Virus record (IMG/VR): IMGVR_UViG_3300031949_000026
Strand: one strand, 5' to 3'
DNA: 64,000 nt
Source: an uncultured virus (IMG/VR IMGVR_UViG_3300031949_000026)
Taxonomy: Duplodnaviria > Heunggongvirae > Uroviricota > Caudoviricetes
Below the pieces are notes generated by a model. The model was not told the DNA's origin. It did no database searches and saw nothing but the letters and a program-made list of their open reading frames with translations. The translations under genes and the position numbers were made by a program. Of this stretch, positions 27,935 through 37,179 are shown one piece after another. Position 1 is the first letter of the stretch. Each line of letters opens with the position of its first letter.

Positions 27935-28324
27935 ATGGAAGACTCGATGAAGGGCGACCACATCTACGTCGATCGCGGTCTTTACACCCACCACGGGATC
28001 GAACTCATGGAGGGAAAGGTCATCCACTATTCCGGCGAACCCGGCTCGAAGGAGCCCGGCCGGATCGTCGCCTCGACGCTCGGGGAGTTCCTGCGCGGCG
28101 GGAAACGCCGGGTGTGCCGGTCCAGGAAGTCCTTCTCCCGCGAAGAGGTCGTCCGGAGGGCTCTATCGAGGCTCGGGGAAGAAAAGTACAACCTCGTCAC
28201 GAACAACTGCGAGCACTTCGCGACATGGTGCCGGACCGGGCGCATCGAAAGCGGGCAAGTGAGCGGAGCGGTCCGTACAATTTTCCGGACGCTGTTCCGC
28301 CCGTTCCGGAGGGCTCGCTCGTGA
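27935..28324 (+). CDS. LRAT-like (permuted NlpC/P60) acyltransferase/hydrolase
   Basis: GDHI, YTHHGI, VIHY, YNLVTNNCEHFATWCRTG. Confidence 0.9.
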   Translation: MEDSMKGDHIYVDRGLYTHHGIELMEGKVIHYSGEPGSKEPGRIVASTLGEFLRGGKRRVCRSRKSFSREEVVRRALSRLGEEKYNLVTNNCEHFATWCRTGRIESGQVSGAVRTIFRTLFRPFRRARS

Positions 28325-28692
28325 GCTTGAAGAAGACGAAGTTCCAGGAGAAGTTCTGTATCGCCTGCGAGACCCGCATCCTTTCCGAGCGCGAAGAGTT
28401 CGGGCCGATCTGCCCCGGCTGCTACAAGAAGACCCGGCGGAAAGACCCGCTCATGAAGGCGGCGCTCCAGCGCCGTCTCGTCGCTCTGGTTCCGTCGCTT
28501 TGTCCGCACGAGGAAAGCTGCAAGTTCGACCGGATGCCGCCGCGCTACTTCAACATCATCGTCTTCGACGAGAAGCTGGAGGCGGTCAAGGTCGAGGGTC
28601 CGTACCCCAAGCGGATTGCGGAGCAGGAAGCTAGGCTCATCCAGGAGAAGATCAACCGACGCAAGGGAAGGGGAAGAGGGAGGGGCGCATGA
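28321..28692 (+). CDS. hypothetical zinc-binding protein
   Basis: CIAC...CPGC; coupled to neighbours. Confidence 0.55.
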   Translation: MSLKKTKFQEKFCIACETRILSEREEFGPICPGCYKKTRRKDPLMKAALQRRLVALVPSLCPHEESCKFDRMPPRYFNIIVFDEKLEAVKVEGPYPKRIAEQEARLIQEKINRRKGRGRGRGA

Positions 28693-30182
28693 ATCCCGTG
28701 GACATGAAAGCGGTCGCGGACAAGGCGACGAAGGCTCTCGAATCCTTGGCGCTCCAGGTCTTCGAGTTCAAGGCGGAGTTCGATCGACTCCTGTCGGAGC
28801 TTTCCAAGTATCAAGCGATCAACTTCCAGGAGGTCCAGAACTTCCTCAAGGAGCCGTGGTGCATCCTGCCCAAGAGCCGCGAGGAGTGGTGGATCGTGAT
28901 CCCGAGGTGGGTTGGGACGCAAGTCGGCTGGCTCGAACGCTCGACCGAGACCTACAACATCTTCGTCGTCAACCGTTACTCCCACATGCTCGGCGGAATT
29001 CCCGATGAACTTCGGGAGAAGCTCCAGCTTCCGGAGCCGATCAAGGCGACCGTCGAGAACGGGGAGCTTCTGACGACGGCCAAGATCACCCGGGCGATGC
29101 AGGATCACCTCGGGAAGCAGGTCGAACCCGGCCGTTGGACGGTGAAGACGGGGCATGAGTTCGAGTTGATCGCGGAACTGATTCGGCTCGGCTCCTTCCC
29201 CTTCGCGATGCGGCCGGTGAAGGAGGGCGACATCGCGCTCTCGCCCCATCTCGGCGGCCCTCTCACGGACCTGCGTGACTACGAGTACGCGGCGTGGAAG
29301 GAGTTCATGAAGCGCGGAGCCGTTTGTATCACATGGCCTTTCGGCGTCGGGAAGAGCACGTTCGGGGTCTACGCGGTCGCCTCCGTGAAAGGGAAACGTC
29401 TCGTGGTGGTCCCGAGCCGGACCCTCGTCGAACAATGGGAGAACCGACTTCGGGAGTGGTGCAACATCACGACGGGATCGCCGCTCTCTCCGGTTCGCGT
29501 GGTCACTTACCATTCGTGGGAGACGATCCGGAAGGAGGATTGGGACCTTGTGGTCTTCGATGAAGCGCATCGACTCCCGGCGAACACCTTCTCCCGCTTC
29601 GCGACCCTGCGGACGAAGTACCGCATCGGCCTCTCCGGGTCGCCCTATCGGGAGGACGGCCGGACGAATCACATTTTCGCGCTCACCGGCTATCCGATCC
29701 CGGTTGACTGGACCGAGTTCATCCGGAGGGGCATCATCGCGAAGCCCCAGGTCGAGGTCCGGATCGTCGCAAGCTGGAACGAGAAGGTCCGGATCACCGA
29801 GGAGGAGGTGAAGGCCGAGAAGGGCCGGACGATCGTCTTCTGTGACGCGGTGGAGTCCGGGCGCTCGCTCGCCTCGCGTCTGCGCTGCCCTCATGTCTAC
29901 GGCGGCACGAAGAACCGCCTGGACATCCTGAACGGAACGCGGATTGCCGTCGTCTCTCGTGTGGGCGACGAGGGGCTCTCGCTTCCGGACCTCCGGAAGG
30001 TCGTCGAGGTGGACTTCCACGGCTCGTCCCGTCGCCAGGAGGCGCAACGGGTCGGCCGCCTCTTCCACGCCAACGGGAAAGGCCAGCACATCGTCCTCAT
30101 GACCCGCGACGAATACGATCGCTTCGAGGGCCGCTTCCTCGCGCTCGAAGAGAAGGGAATCAAAGTCGAGGTGCGGACGTGA
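28689..30182 (+). CDS. XPB/Rad25-like SF2 helicase
   Basis: LRDYE, PFGVGKS, FDEAHRL, GLSGSPYREDG, GDEGLSLPD, SRRQEAQRVGR. Confidence 0.88.
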   Translation: MNPVDMKAVADKATKALESLALQVFEFKAEFDRLLSELSKYQAINFQEVQNFLKEPWCILPKSREEWWIVIPRWVGTQVGWLERSTETYNIFVVNRYSHMLGGIPDELREKLQLPEPIKATVENGELLTTAKITRAMQDHLGKQVEPGRWTVKTGHEFELIAELIRLGSFPFAMRPVKEGDIALSPHLGGPLTDLRDYEYAAWKEFMKRGAVCITWPFGVGKSTFGVYAVASVKGKRLVVVPSRTLVEQWENRLREWCNITTGSPLSPVRVVTYHSWETIRKEDWDLVVFDEAHRLPANTFSRFATLRTKYRIGLSGSPYREDGRTNHIFALTGYPIPVDWTEFIRRGIIAKPQVEVRIVASWNEKVRITEEEVKAEKGRTIVFCDAVESGRSLASRLRCPHVYGGTKNRLDILNGTRIAVVSRVGDEGLSLPDLRKVVEVDFHGSSRRQEAQRVGRLFHANGKGQHIVLMTRDEYDRFEGRFLALEEKGIKVEVRT

Positions 30183-30475
30183 CGAAAAAACCCTATAAGC
30201 TCAAGAAGGTAAAGGTCGATATCGGGCGCGGCCGGAAGGCGGTCCTGGAGGAGGCGTACTCCCTGGACGGCCGCTATATCGGATCTCTCAAGGACGCCGA
30301 ACGCTTCTGGAAGGAGTACGGGATCGAGAAGTTCGAGCTTCGCAGGCCGAGCGCCCTCGTCTGCTCGGTCGGCTACAGCCCTCGGGATAAGCTTTGGTAC
30401 GGCTGGTCGCATCGCGCGATCGCGGGCTTCAAGACGAGGCGGCAGGCGGCGAAGTTCGCGGGGGAAGTGTCGTGA
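30179..30475 (+). CDS. hypothetical phage protein
   Basis: CSVGYS....WYGWSHRAIAGF motif. Confidence 0.65.
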   Translation: MTKKPYKLKKVKVDIGRGRKAVLEEAYSLDGRYIGSLKDAERFWKEYGIEKFELRRPSALVCSVGYSPRDKLWYGWSHRAIAGFKTRRQAAKFAGEVS

Positions 30476-30714
30476 TCGACTTCAAGAAGTCGGAGAACCC
30501 GCATTTCCCGGGGAAGGCGGAGTGGGTCCGTCGCGTGCAGGACGGGCAGGCCACGGCCGAGATCGGCTGTCCGTGGTGCGGGCATTTCGGGTCGCTCCAA
30601 CATCACGCGATCGCTTCGGATGGAACCGTGACGCCGAGCCTCGTCTGTCCGTGGGCGAAGGAGAACGGCTGCACGTTTCACGACAACGGGAGGCTGGCCG
30701 GATGGGCGGGATGA
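30472..30714 (+). CDS. small zinc-binding protein
   Basis: CPWCG...TVTPSLVC...CTFH. Confidence 0.6.
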   Translation: MIDFKKSENPHFPGKAEWVRRVQDGQATAEIGCPWCGHFGSLQHHAIASDGTVTPSLVCPWAKENGCTFHDNGRLAGWAG

Positions 30715-30970
30715 AAGATCCCCTTGGTAGCGGGTCTGGGCTCGTTCTCGCGTCCGGCGCACGGGCGCGCGAAGGAGCCAGGACACCGCTTCGAGGTTTT
30801 ACCCTTGGAGGCATCCTGACCCTGGAGAGAGGGGGAAACAGAGGAAGGCGCTCCCCTTCGCTTAATACCCTCGCGAAAGAGGAGCGCCGGAACCCCGTCG
30901 CCGCCGCTTCTAAAAGAACCGCTAAGATGGTAAGTGTAGGACATAGAGGAATCAAAATCAAGGAGGAACG

Positions 30971-31306
30971 ATGGACGGCAAAGTGACGATGCTCGTGAAC
31001 GCGCTCCCGGGGCTTCGCCTCCTCGGGGAGGAGAAGACCGAGGAGGGGTCGATCATCGCGCTTCGGCGCGAGGGCGACGAGTGTCTTTACGTCCCGCGGA
31101 CGGAAAACGAGAAGGGGATGTGCTGGATTCCGGTCGGGGAGTTCTCGGTGGACCCCGAGGCCGTGACGCCGGTCGAGTTCCTGGACGAGACGACGGGCGG
31201 CGAGGGGGAGCAGCCGGTGGAAGGCGAAGAGCCCGCCGAGATCCCGTCCCGCAAGACGCCTTTTGGCGGCCGTCAACTCAAGCGCCGCGAGACGACGGGA
31301 GGTTAG
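30971..31306 (+). CDS. hypothetical protein
   Basis: AAGGAGG RBS. Confidence 0.6.
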   Translation: MDGKVTMLVNALPGLRLLGEEKTEEGSIIALRREGDECLYVPRTENEKGMCWIPVGEFSVDPEAVTPVEFLDETTGGEGEQPVEGEEPAEIPSRKTPFGGRQLKRRETTGG

Positions 31307-31311
31307 GCTGG

Positions 31312-31764
31312 ATGGGGAAGAAGCGGAAGGAAGACGGCGGCCAGGAGACCTACGAGGTCTGGATCTACAAGGATAGCGGCGAGTGGGCGCAGGCGGCCGA
31401 GCGCGGGAACCAGGGCATCTTCGGGCAGAAGCCGCGCGCGCTCCTCATCGCGCAGTCGAAGTCCAACGAGGAGGGGGTCGTCGAGACCCTCGTCATCGAG
31501 CGCCGCCCGATTGCGAGCTTCAACGGTCCGTCGATCTCCCTCAAGGGACGGCTGGCGGCGGCCGTCGCGAAGGCGAATCAAAACGGTGAAACGACCCCGC
31601 CCGCTTCGGGTGAGGGCGAGGCGGAGAAGAAGAAGGAGGAGACCCATGCAGACGGTGTACACGGCGATCGTGCAGAAGAAGGTCAAGTCGTCGATTCCGG
31701 TCCTCAACGGGAAGGGGAAGCCGGTGCTCCTGGACCCCAGCGGGAAGCCGCTTCCGGTCGATGA
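31312..31764 (+). CDS. hypothetical protein
   Basis: starts just after previous stop; 3' end overlaps next gene. Confidence 0.5.
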   Translation: MGKKRKEDGGQETYEVWIYKDSGEWAQAAERGNQGIFGQKPRALLIAQSKSNEEGVVETLVIERRPIASFNGPSISLKGRLAAAVAKANQNGETTPPASGEGEAEKKKEETHADGVHGDRAEEGQVVDSGPQREGEAGAPGPQREAASGR

Positions 31765-32008
31765 GGCGACCGGCGATCAGATCGGGACCGGCACCCCGAA
31801 GATGGAGATGATCGAGACCGACACGGCCGACAACCCGCTCACCGACGAGGCCGGGAACGTGGTCGAGGCCGGGACCCCGGAGGCGCTCCTGCGCCGGGTG
31901 AAGGAGCACTTCGCGGATGCCGAGGACACGACGGTCGTCCACGTCGCCGTCCGGAAGACCGAGACCGTGGAGGAGGTCTCCGGCGAGGAACTCGCGGCGG
32001 TGAAGTAG
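31646..32008 (+). CDS. hypothetical protein
   Basis: AGAAGAAGGAGGAG leader before ATG. Confidence 0.6.
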   Translation: MQTVYTAIVQKKVKSSIPVLNGKGKPVLLDPSGKPLPVDEATGDQIGTGTPKMEMIETDTADNPLTDEAGNVVEAGTPEALLRRVKEHFADAEDTTVVHVAVRKTETVEEVSGEELAAVK

Positions 32009-32017
32009 GGAGCGACG

Positions 32018-32458
32018 ATGCCGTACTACCAGCACGACGGCTTCGGACAGATCGTGATGATCTGCCAAGTCTGCAAGACGAAGTGCCACGAGGCAGGCCC
32101 GAAGGAGGTCTTCGTCCGTGACGAGAAGACCGGAGCCTATCGGAAGGCGACGTGCCCGATGTGCGTCTGCCACGACTGCGTTCAGCTTGCCGACGATCCG
32201 ATCCGCGCCGGGCTTGCGCCTCAGATGCTCGGTCAGACGGCCAAAAAGCCTTTCAACATCGAGCAGGCGATGAACGACATGAAGGGGGCGCTCGGGCTCG
32301 TGTTCGACCCTCCCAAGCAGCACGCGCTCCCCCGGTCGGCCTCCTGCGAGTGCGGCGAGCCCGCGAGGTCCCGCTGCATCTCGTGTGACGAGGCGCTTTG
32401 TTCCAGGTGTGTCAAGGCCCACAAGTGCCAGAAACTACAAAAAGAAGGAGAAGGATGA
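32018..32458 (+). CDS. multi-zinc-finger protein (B-box-like C-terminus)
   Basis: CQVC, CPMCVC, CEC...CISC...CSRC..AH. Confidence 0.6.
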   Translation: MPYYQHDGFGQIVMICQVCKTKCHEAGPKEVFVRDEKTGAYRKATCPMCVCHDCVQLADDPIRAGLAPQMLGQTAKKPFNIEQAMNDMKGALGLVFDPPKQHALPRSASCECGEPARSRCISCDEALCSRCVKAHKCQKLQKEGEG

Positions 32459-32718
32459 TGAGCTTTCCCGCCCCTGGATCGGATGTCCTCGTGACCTGCA
32501 CGAAGAGCGGCTGCATCCTGGTTCTGGATATAGTCCTCCGCGAAGGGGACTGGCAGATGGTCATGCACCGTCTGGATGTGGACGGGATCAAGGCGCGCTT
32601 CAATGGGAAGTGCTGTCCAGGGTGCCACGGGCCTTCCTGCGAGTACCGGCCGCTCGTGGGACCGCTTTTCATCCCCAGGCCGCTGTCGGCCAATCCGGAA
32701 GAGAGATAAGGAGATTTC

Positions 32719-33048
32719 ATGAACCAGAACCAGATCAGCCATTACGTTCGGCCGATGCCGAATCGGAACGTCGCGCAGGTCGAGGCGATCGAGAACGGCT
32801 TCCTCGTCCGGTTCCACGAGGCGATCGAGCGTCAACCCAAACGGGGTCTCGCGGGGAAAATCGAAAGCGAGGTCCATCGGGAGTTGGAGACGTCGCTTCC
32901 CACCTGGACGACCCGGGAGGTCGCGCTCTACTGTGCCGGGGTCGAGGAGGTCAAGGAGGCCGTCGAGCGGGCTTCCGGCGAGTACGGGAAGCTCTCCGAA
33001 CTGGCTGCGAAGGGCGACCTCGACCACGCGGGCGGCTCTCCTTTCTAG
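32719..33048 (+). CDS. hypothetical protein (IENGF family)
   Basis: VEAIENGFLVRF; TAAGGAG RBS. Confidence 0.6.
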   Translation: MNQNQISHYVRPMPNRNVAQVEAIENGFLVRFHEAIERQPKRGLAGKIESEVHRELETSLPTWTTREVALYCAGVEEVKEAVERASGEYGKLSELAAKGDLDHAGGSPF

Positions 33049-33066
33049 CCTTTTCCTCCCTCTCTC

Positions 33067-33111
33067 GATGCCGGAGGGGATGGGGCACCCCATCCCCTCC
33101 GGCGTCTTTTC
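33067..33111 (+). terminator. intrinsic terminator
   Basis: GCCGGAGGGGATGGG-gcac-CCCATCCCCTCCGGC followed by gtcTTTT. Confidence 0.75.
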
Positions 33112-33315
33112 CCCCCTGGACCATGAGTTCGGAGGCCGGGAAGGGCCTTTTGCGGGGCTCTAAGGCTGCGGGACGGCCCGGGAGCCCTCCGGCGCTCACC
33201 GGAGGGCGGGAGGCCCTGAAAGGGCCTTCCGGGGCTTTCTGACCCTCCCCTCCCTGACCGCATCCACCTATCTACTCCCGGTACAGCTTTCTTTGATGAC
33301 GGATCACGATTTTAT

Positions 33316-33343
33316 TTGACATTGTACCTAGGTATGATATCAT
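33316..33343 (+). promoter_or_regulatory. strong sigma70-type promoter
   Basis: AT-rich upstream; TTGACA-16 nt-TATCAT with extended TG at 33335. Confidence 0.75.
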
Positions 33344-33369
33344 ATGACGGTAGGTTGAGGAGGATAGCG

Positions 33370-33957
33370 ATGTCCAAGAGGCCCAAGGTGAGCAAGGTGA
33401 ACCGGGAAGCATGGCTCCGGGCGGCCTACGCGCTCGTCCGGCGCGATCTCCTGCCCCAGGCCCCGGCGACCGTGGCGATCTCCTGGAGCTTCCCGTCGAA
33501 GGGCGGCACGAAGTCCAGCCGTCGCACCATCGGGGAGTGCCACTACAAGGGCGGCTCGGCCGTCAAGGTGGAAGGCGATCGGGTGATCCTCGTCTCCCCC
33601 ACCCTCCAGGAGCCCTACGCCCTCGTCGAGGTCCTCGTACACGAGATGGTCCACGCGGCGCTCCCGATGGGCTCCGGGCACCGCGCACCCTTCTCCCGCC
33701 TTGCCAAGTCGATCGGCCTCGTCAAGCCCTGGACGGCGACGACGGCCGGACCGGAACTCAAGGCCAAGATCGAAGGCTACCTCAAGCGGCTTCCCGCGTG
33801 GCCCGGCGGCTACCTGCGGATCGTCTCCACCCAGAAGAACCGGCAACTGAAAGCGGTCTGTGGTTGCGACCGTATCCTCCGCGGGTCGAAGGCGACTTTT
33901 GAGGCCGGACCGATCCTCTGCGGGCTCTGCGACGAGGCTTTTGAACTCGACGTGTAA
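33370..33957 (+). CDS. SprT-like zinc metalloprotease
   Basis: IGEC, ILVSP, VLVHEMVHAA...GHRAPF, C-terminal CGC/CGLC; GAGGAGG RBS. Confidence 0.8.
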   Translation: MSKRPKVSKVNREAWLRAAYALVRRDLLPQAPATVAISWSFPSKGGTKSSRRTIGECHYKGGSAVKVEGDRVILVSPTLQEPYALVEVLVHEMVHAALPMGSGHRAPFSRLAKSIGLVKPWTATTAGPELKAKIEGYLKRLPAWPGGYLRIVSTQKNRQLKAVCGCDRILRGSKATFEAGPILCGLCDEAFELDV

Positions 33958-34053
33958 ACGGGCAGTTCCCTACGGTCCCCGGGGGAAGAGGGGGCCTCTC
34001 GCGGGCGGCCCGAGTGGACCGCCCACGGGACAGAGAAGAAGAAGGAGGTCGGC

Positions 34054-34479
34054 ATGATGGCGACGATGAGGGATGTGGTCGCGAAGCTCTTTAACGGCCG
34101 CTACACGATCGAGTCCACGCGGACGGGCGAACATCGGACCTTCTGGGTCCAGACGGAGATCTACGAGGAGGGGACCTGCCGGACGGTTTCCCTCCTCACG
34201 GGCACGGAGAACGACAATCCCGCCCACTACACGCTCTTCGGGTTCGTCTCCGACGCTGGGATCGAGGTCAACGCTTCCAAGCGCGGCGGCGACAAGCTCT
34301 TCGAGCAGTACGCCGACATGCTCTGGACGCTGGCCTTAGATGCCGGGTTCTCGCCGTGGGCCGAGAAGGGCTACCTGATCCACATCGAGGGCCGCTGCCT
34401 GCGCTGCAACCGCGCCCTCACGACGCCCGAGAGCATCCGTCGCGGCATCGGCCCCGTCTGCGCGGAAGGGGGGCTGTGA
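34054..34479 (+). CDS. DUF6011-like protein
   Basis: CLRCNRALTTPESIRRGIGPVC. Confidence 0.75.
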   Translation: MMATMRDVVAKLFNGRYTIESTRTGEHRTFWVQTEIYEEGTCRTVSLLTGTENDNPAHYTLFGFVSDAGIEVNASKRGGDKLFEQYADMLWTLALDAGFSPWAEKGYLIHIEGRCLRCNRALTTPESIRRGIGPVCAEGGL

Positions 34480-34796
34480 TGCGGCCCTCCGACATCGACC
34501 CCGTGAAGTGCCCCACGCTCTTCCGGAAGGCCCAGGAGATGCAGGGTCGCCGGGGGGAGGGGTGGGGGCGCGTCGTCGCTCTTCGCGCGGCCGGGGAGCA
34601 GGACGCGGCCGAGCGCCTCGTCCGGAAGCTCCTCGGCGTCCAGGGGCCGCCCATGAGTGAGGAAACCAAGGAGAAGCTGAGAGAGTACAACGAGACTCAC
34701 AAGGAGGAGATCAAGGCCCGGCGCGAGCAGGAGCGGGAGGTCCGGCGGCGCACGCTTGCGCTGCTGCGGACCGGCGGGAAAGGAAGGAAGAAGTAG
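34479..34796 (+). CDS. hypothetical protein
   Basis: coupled ORF. Confidence 0.55.
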   Translation: MRPSDIDPVKCPTLFRKAQEMQGRRGEGWGRVVALRAAGEQDAAERLVRKLLGVQGPPMSEETKEKLREYNETHKEEIKARREQEREVRRRTLALLRTGGKGRKK

Positions 34797-35285
34797 ATGG
34801 GTATGGAATTTCGGATGGAACAGCGGGCGGTCCTTCTCTGCTCGGCTTGCGGAGAGAACATGCAGGATCACGCCTCCGACTGCCCGCAGGGGCGCTTGGA
34901 GGCGCTCTGGGACTCGGCGGTCCGCGGCCGGTGTCCGGCTTGCCGGAAGGGGGAGGTCTTCAAGAACTCGGCCGACTACATGGAGTGCCGGAAGTGCCGC
35001 GTACAGTTCTCTCTTAGCCTCATCTGCGGCGGAGAGGACCCCGATACCCTGGAGACGGTCATGATCGACCTCTGCCCCGGGGACCTCACCACGGCGAAGC
35101 GTTTCAAGACGCTCGGCACCGGGGACTTTCCGATCCTGCGGATGATGGGTCGACTGCGCGCGGAGGCGCAGGCGTGTATCGTCGCGCGCCGCCGGTCGGA
35201 GGCGGTCTACAAGAAGGTCTACGAGAGCACGCTCAAGCGCGAACTCGCGAAGATCGAGAAGAAGAAGGAAGGAGACACGCGATGA
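34797..35285 (+). CDS. zinc-binding hypothetical protein
   Basis: CSAC, CPAC, CRKC. Confidence 0.55.
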   Translation: MGMEFRMEQRAVLLCSACGENMQDHASDCPQGRLEALWDSAVRGRCPACRKGEVFKNSADYMECRKCRVQFSLSLICGGEDPDTLETVMIDLCPGDLTTAKRFKTLGTGDFPILRMMGRLRAEAQACIVARRRSEAVYKKVYESTLKRELAKIEKKKEGDTR

Positions 35286-35470
35286 ATCGGAAGAAGGTCA
35301 CGCTCGTCCTGCGGCAGGTCGAGGCGATCGGAACGGGGAAAATCGCTTTCACCGTCGTCGAGATGACGAACACGGTCGAATGGGCGGTCGGGCAGATCCT
35401 CAAGAAGGAGGATGTGGAACGGGTCGTGGAGCGGCATCAGTTTCCGGTCGAAGTCCGGATCAAGGGGTAA
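35282..35470 (+). CDS. small protein, NTVEW family copy 1
   Basis: NTVEWAVGQILKK...VEVRIKG. Confidence 0.6.
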   Translation: MNRKKVTLVLRQVEAIGTGKIAFTVVEMTNTVEWAVGQILKKEDVERVVERHQFPVEVRIKG

Positions 35471-35557
35471 CGCGCCCGACGTGCGGGCCTCCTGGAAACG
35501 GGAGGCCCGCCAGCGACGGGCTCGGGTTGCCCGGGACAGAGAAGAAGGAGATCAGGG

Positions 35558-35764
35558 ATGCCGATGCGAGGTCACGAGGGGCGGTTCATGAAGGACCGCC
35601 GAGTCACGCTGTACGTCGATCAGTCGCCGCGGGACCGCAGCCGGTTCCGGATCGTGAAGGCGGTCAACTCGATCAACTTCCCGATGGGCCGGAAGGTCGG
35701 GAAGGCCCAACTCCAGGAGTTCATCCGGTCCGGCGTCGAGGTCGTGGTCTTGCTGCGGAAGTAG
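35558..35764 (+). CDS. small protein, possible divergent NTVEW family copy
   Basis: RVTL...FRIVKAVNSINFPMGRKVGK...VEVVV. Confidence 0.5.
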   Translation: MPMRGHEGRFMKDRRVTLYVDQSPRDRSRFRIVKAVNSINFPMGRKVGKAQLQEFIRSGVEVVVLLRK

Positions 35765-35767
35765 GGT

Positions 35768-35950
35768 ATGAAGATCGAACTGACGGAAGCTCAAGCGAAC
35801 CTGCTGCGCTATGCGGCGGAGTACAAGCTGGAGCAGGACGAGAGCGGCGACGGGATGCCGAACCCGCAACAGCGCGCCACGCTCATCCGCGCCGTCAACA
35901 AGCTTCGTGAGGCGCTCGGCCTGGAGCCGAGCCGGTTCACCCACAGATAG
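35768..35950 (+). CDS. small hypothetical protein
   Basis: fits operon spacing. Confidence 0.5.
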   Translation: MKIELTEAQANLLRYAAEYKLEQDESGDGMPNPQQRATLIRAVNKLREALGLEPSRFTHR

Positions 35951-35963
35951 GAAGGAGAAGGCG

Positions 35964-36347
35964 ATGAGCTACATATCGAGGATCTCACAGGAGGCGTTCA
36001 AGGACTCGACGCTGGAGATGGTCGAGGCCGGGAAGCTGGTTCGGGTCTACAAGCTGACGCCGCCGAAGCGGTTCCATTGGTGCTACCTCATGTTCACGCC
36101 GCTGGGGGTCGTGATCGGCGGGGATCAGCGTTTCGGGGACCGGGAGAACGGGGCGGCGCACAGCGTCCCCGGCATGGAGGAGTCCGGGTTCCTCGGGGAC
36201 CACGACGAGGAGTATCTCGGCTCGAAGTTCTTCGGGCGCAAGCCTTCCGGCCGCGTGGCCCTGGATCGTTGGGCGAACGACGTCGGCTGGCTCTGCGCGC
36301 TCCAGCAAGAGTTCCGGCGGCTCGTCGAACTGGCGGGGAGGTCCTAG
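35964..36347 (+). CDS. hypothetical protein
   Basis: AAGGAG RBS. Confidence 0.55.
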   Translation: MSYISRISQEAFKDSTLEMVEAGKLVRVYKLTPPKRFHWCYLMFTPLGVVIGGDQRFGDRENGAAHSVPGMEESGFLGDHDEEYLGSKFFGRKPSGRVALDRWANDVGWLCALQQEFRRLVELAGRS

Positions 36348-36350
36348 CCC

Positions 36351-37094
36351 ATGACTCCCTGCATCACCTGTAGCGGCCGGGTGGGGCGGCTTTCGATCTG
36401 CTCCCCCTGTGCCGAGCGCGCCGAGTCGATGCTGCACGCGCCGCTCAAGTGGACGGATTTCAAGGAGGTGAAGATCCATCCCGACCTCGTGCAGGAGGGC
36501 TTCGAGGACTGCTGGATCAATTCCAGGTATACCGTCCTCATCCGGCGGGTGAAGAGCGATGTGGGCGATCTTCAGCACCTTTCGATCAAGCGCAACGACA
36601 AGAACCCGCTCCACGACTGGCGGGACCTCCAGCGGATCAAGAACGAGATCCTCGGTGAAGAGGAAGAGGCGATGGAACTCTACCCGGCGGAAAGCCGCCT
36701 CGTGGACGGCGCGAACCAGTACCACCTTTGGTGCTTCGTGGGACAGCGCGCGCCCTTCGGCTACGAGTCCCAGAGGTGTGTCATGCTGCCCGGCGGCATG
36801 GACGGCTCCAAGCAACGGCCCTTCGAGGAGCCGCCCAAGGACGCGCTCACCGAGGAGCAGTTCCAGGAGAAGCTCAAGGATCACAACGCTCGCAAGACTG
36901 CGCGTGCCGGGCTCTCCGGGCAGATCAAGTCGATCCTGGACGGCGCGATTTCCGGAGGGTGCCAGAACCCTTTCCGCTACACGGACGAACGCAAGTGCGA
37001 AGCGGTGAAGCCCGAGAATCCGGAGATGTGGTGCGGTCATTGCATGGCGAAGCTCCTCCGGAAGCTCTCTCTCGAACTGGATCAAGTGGTCTAA
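36351..37094 (+). CDS. conserved phage protein
   Basis: HLSIKR...DWRDLQRIKNE...ELYPAESRLVDGANQYHLW. Confidence 0.7.
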   Translation: MTPCITCSGRVGRLSICSPCAERAESMLHAPLKWTDFKEVKIHPDLVQEGFEDCWINSRYTVLIRRVKSDVGDLQHLSIKRNDKNPLHDWRDLQRIKNEILGEEEEAMELYPAESRLVDGANQYHLWCFVGQRAPFGYESQRCVMLPGGMDGSKQRPFEEPPKDALTEEQFQEKLKDHNARKTARAGLSGQIKSILDGAISGGCQNPFRYTDERKCEAVKPENPEMWCGHCMAKLLRKLSLELDQVV

Positions 37095-37179
37095 TACCTT
37101 CTCTGTTCGGGGCTCCGGCAAGGTTTCCCGCCGGAGCCCCTCTTCGGGGGCCGCGAGCGCGACCTCCGAAGAGGGAAAC

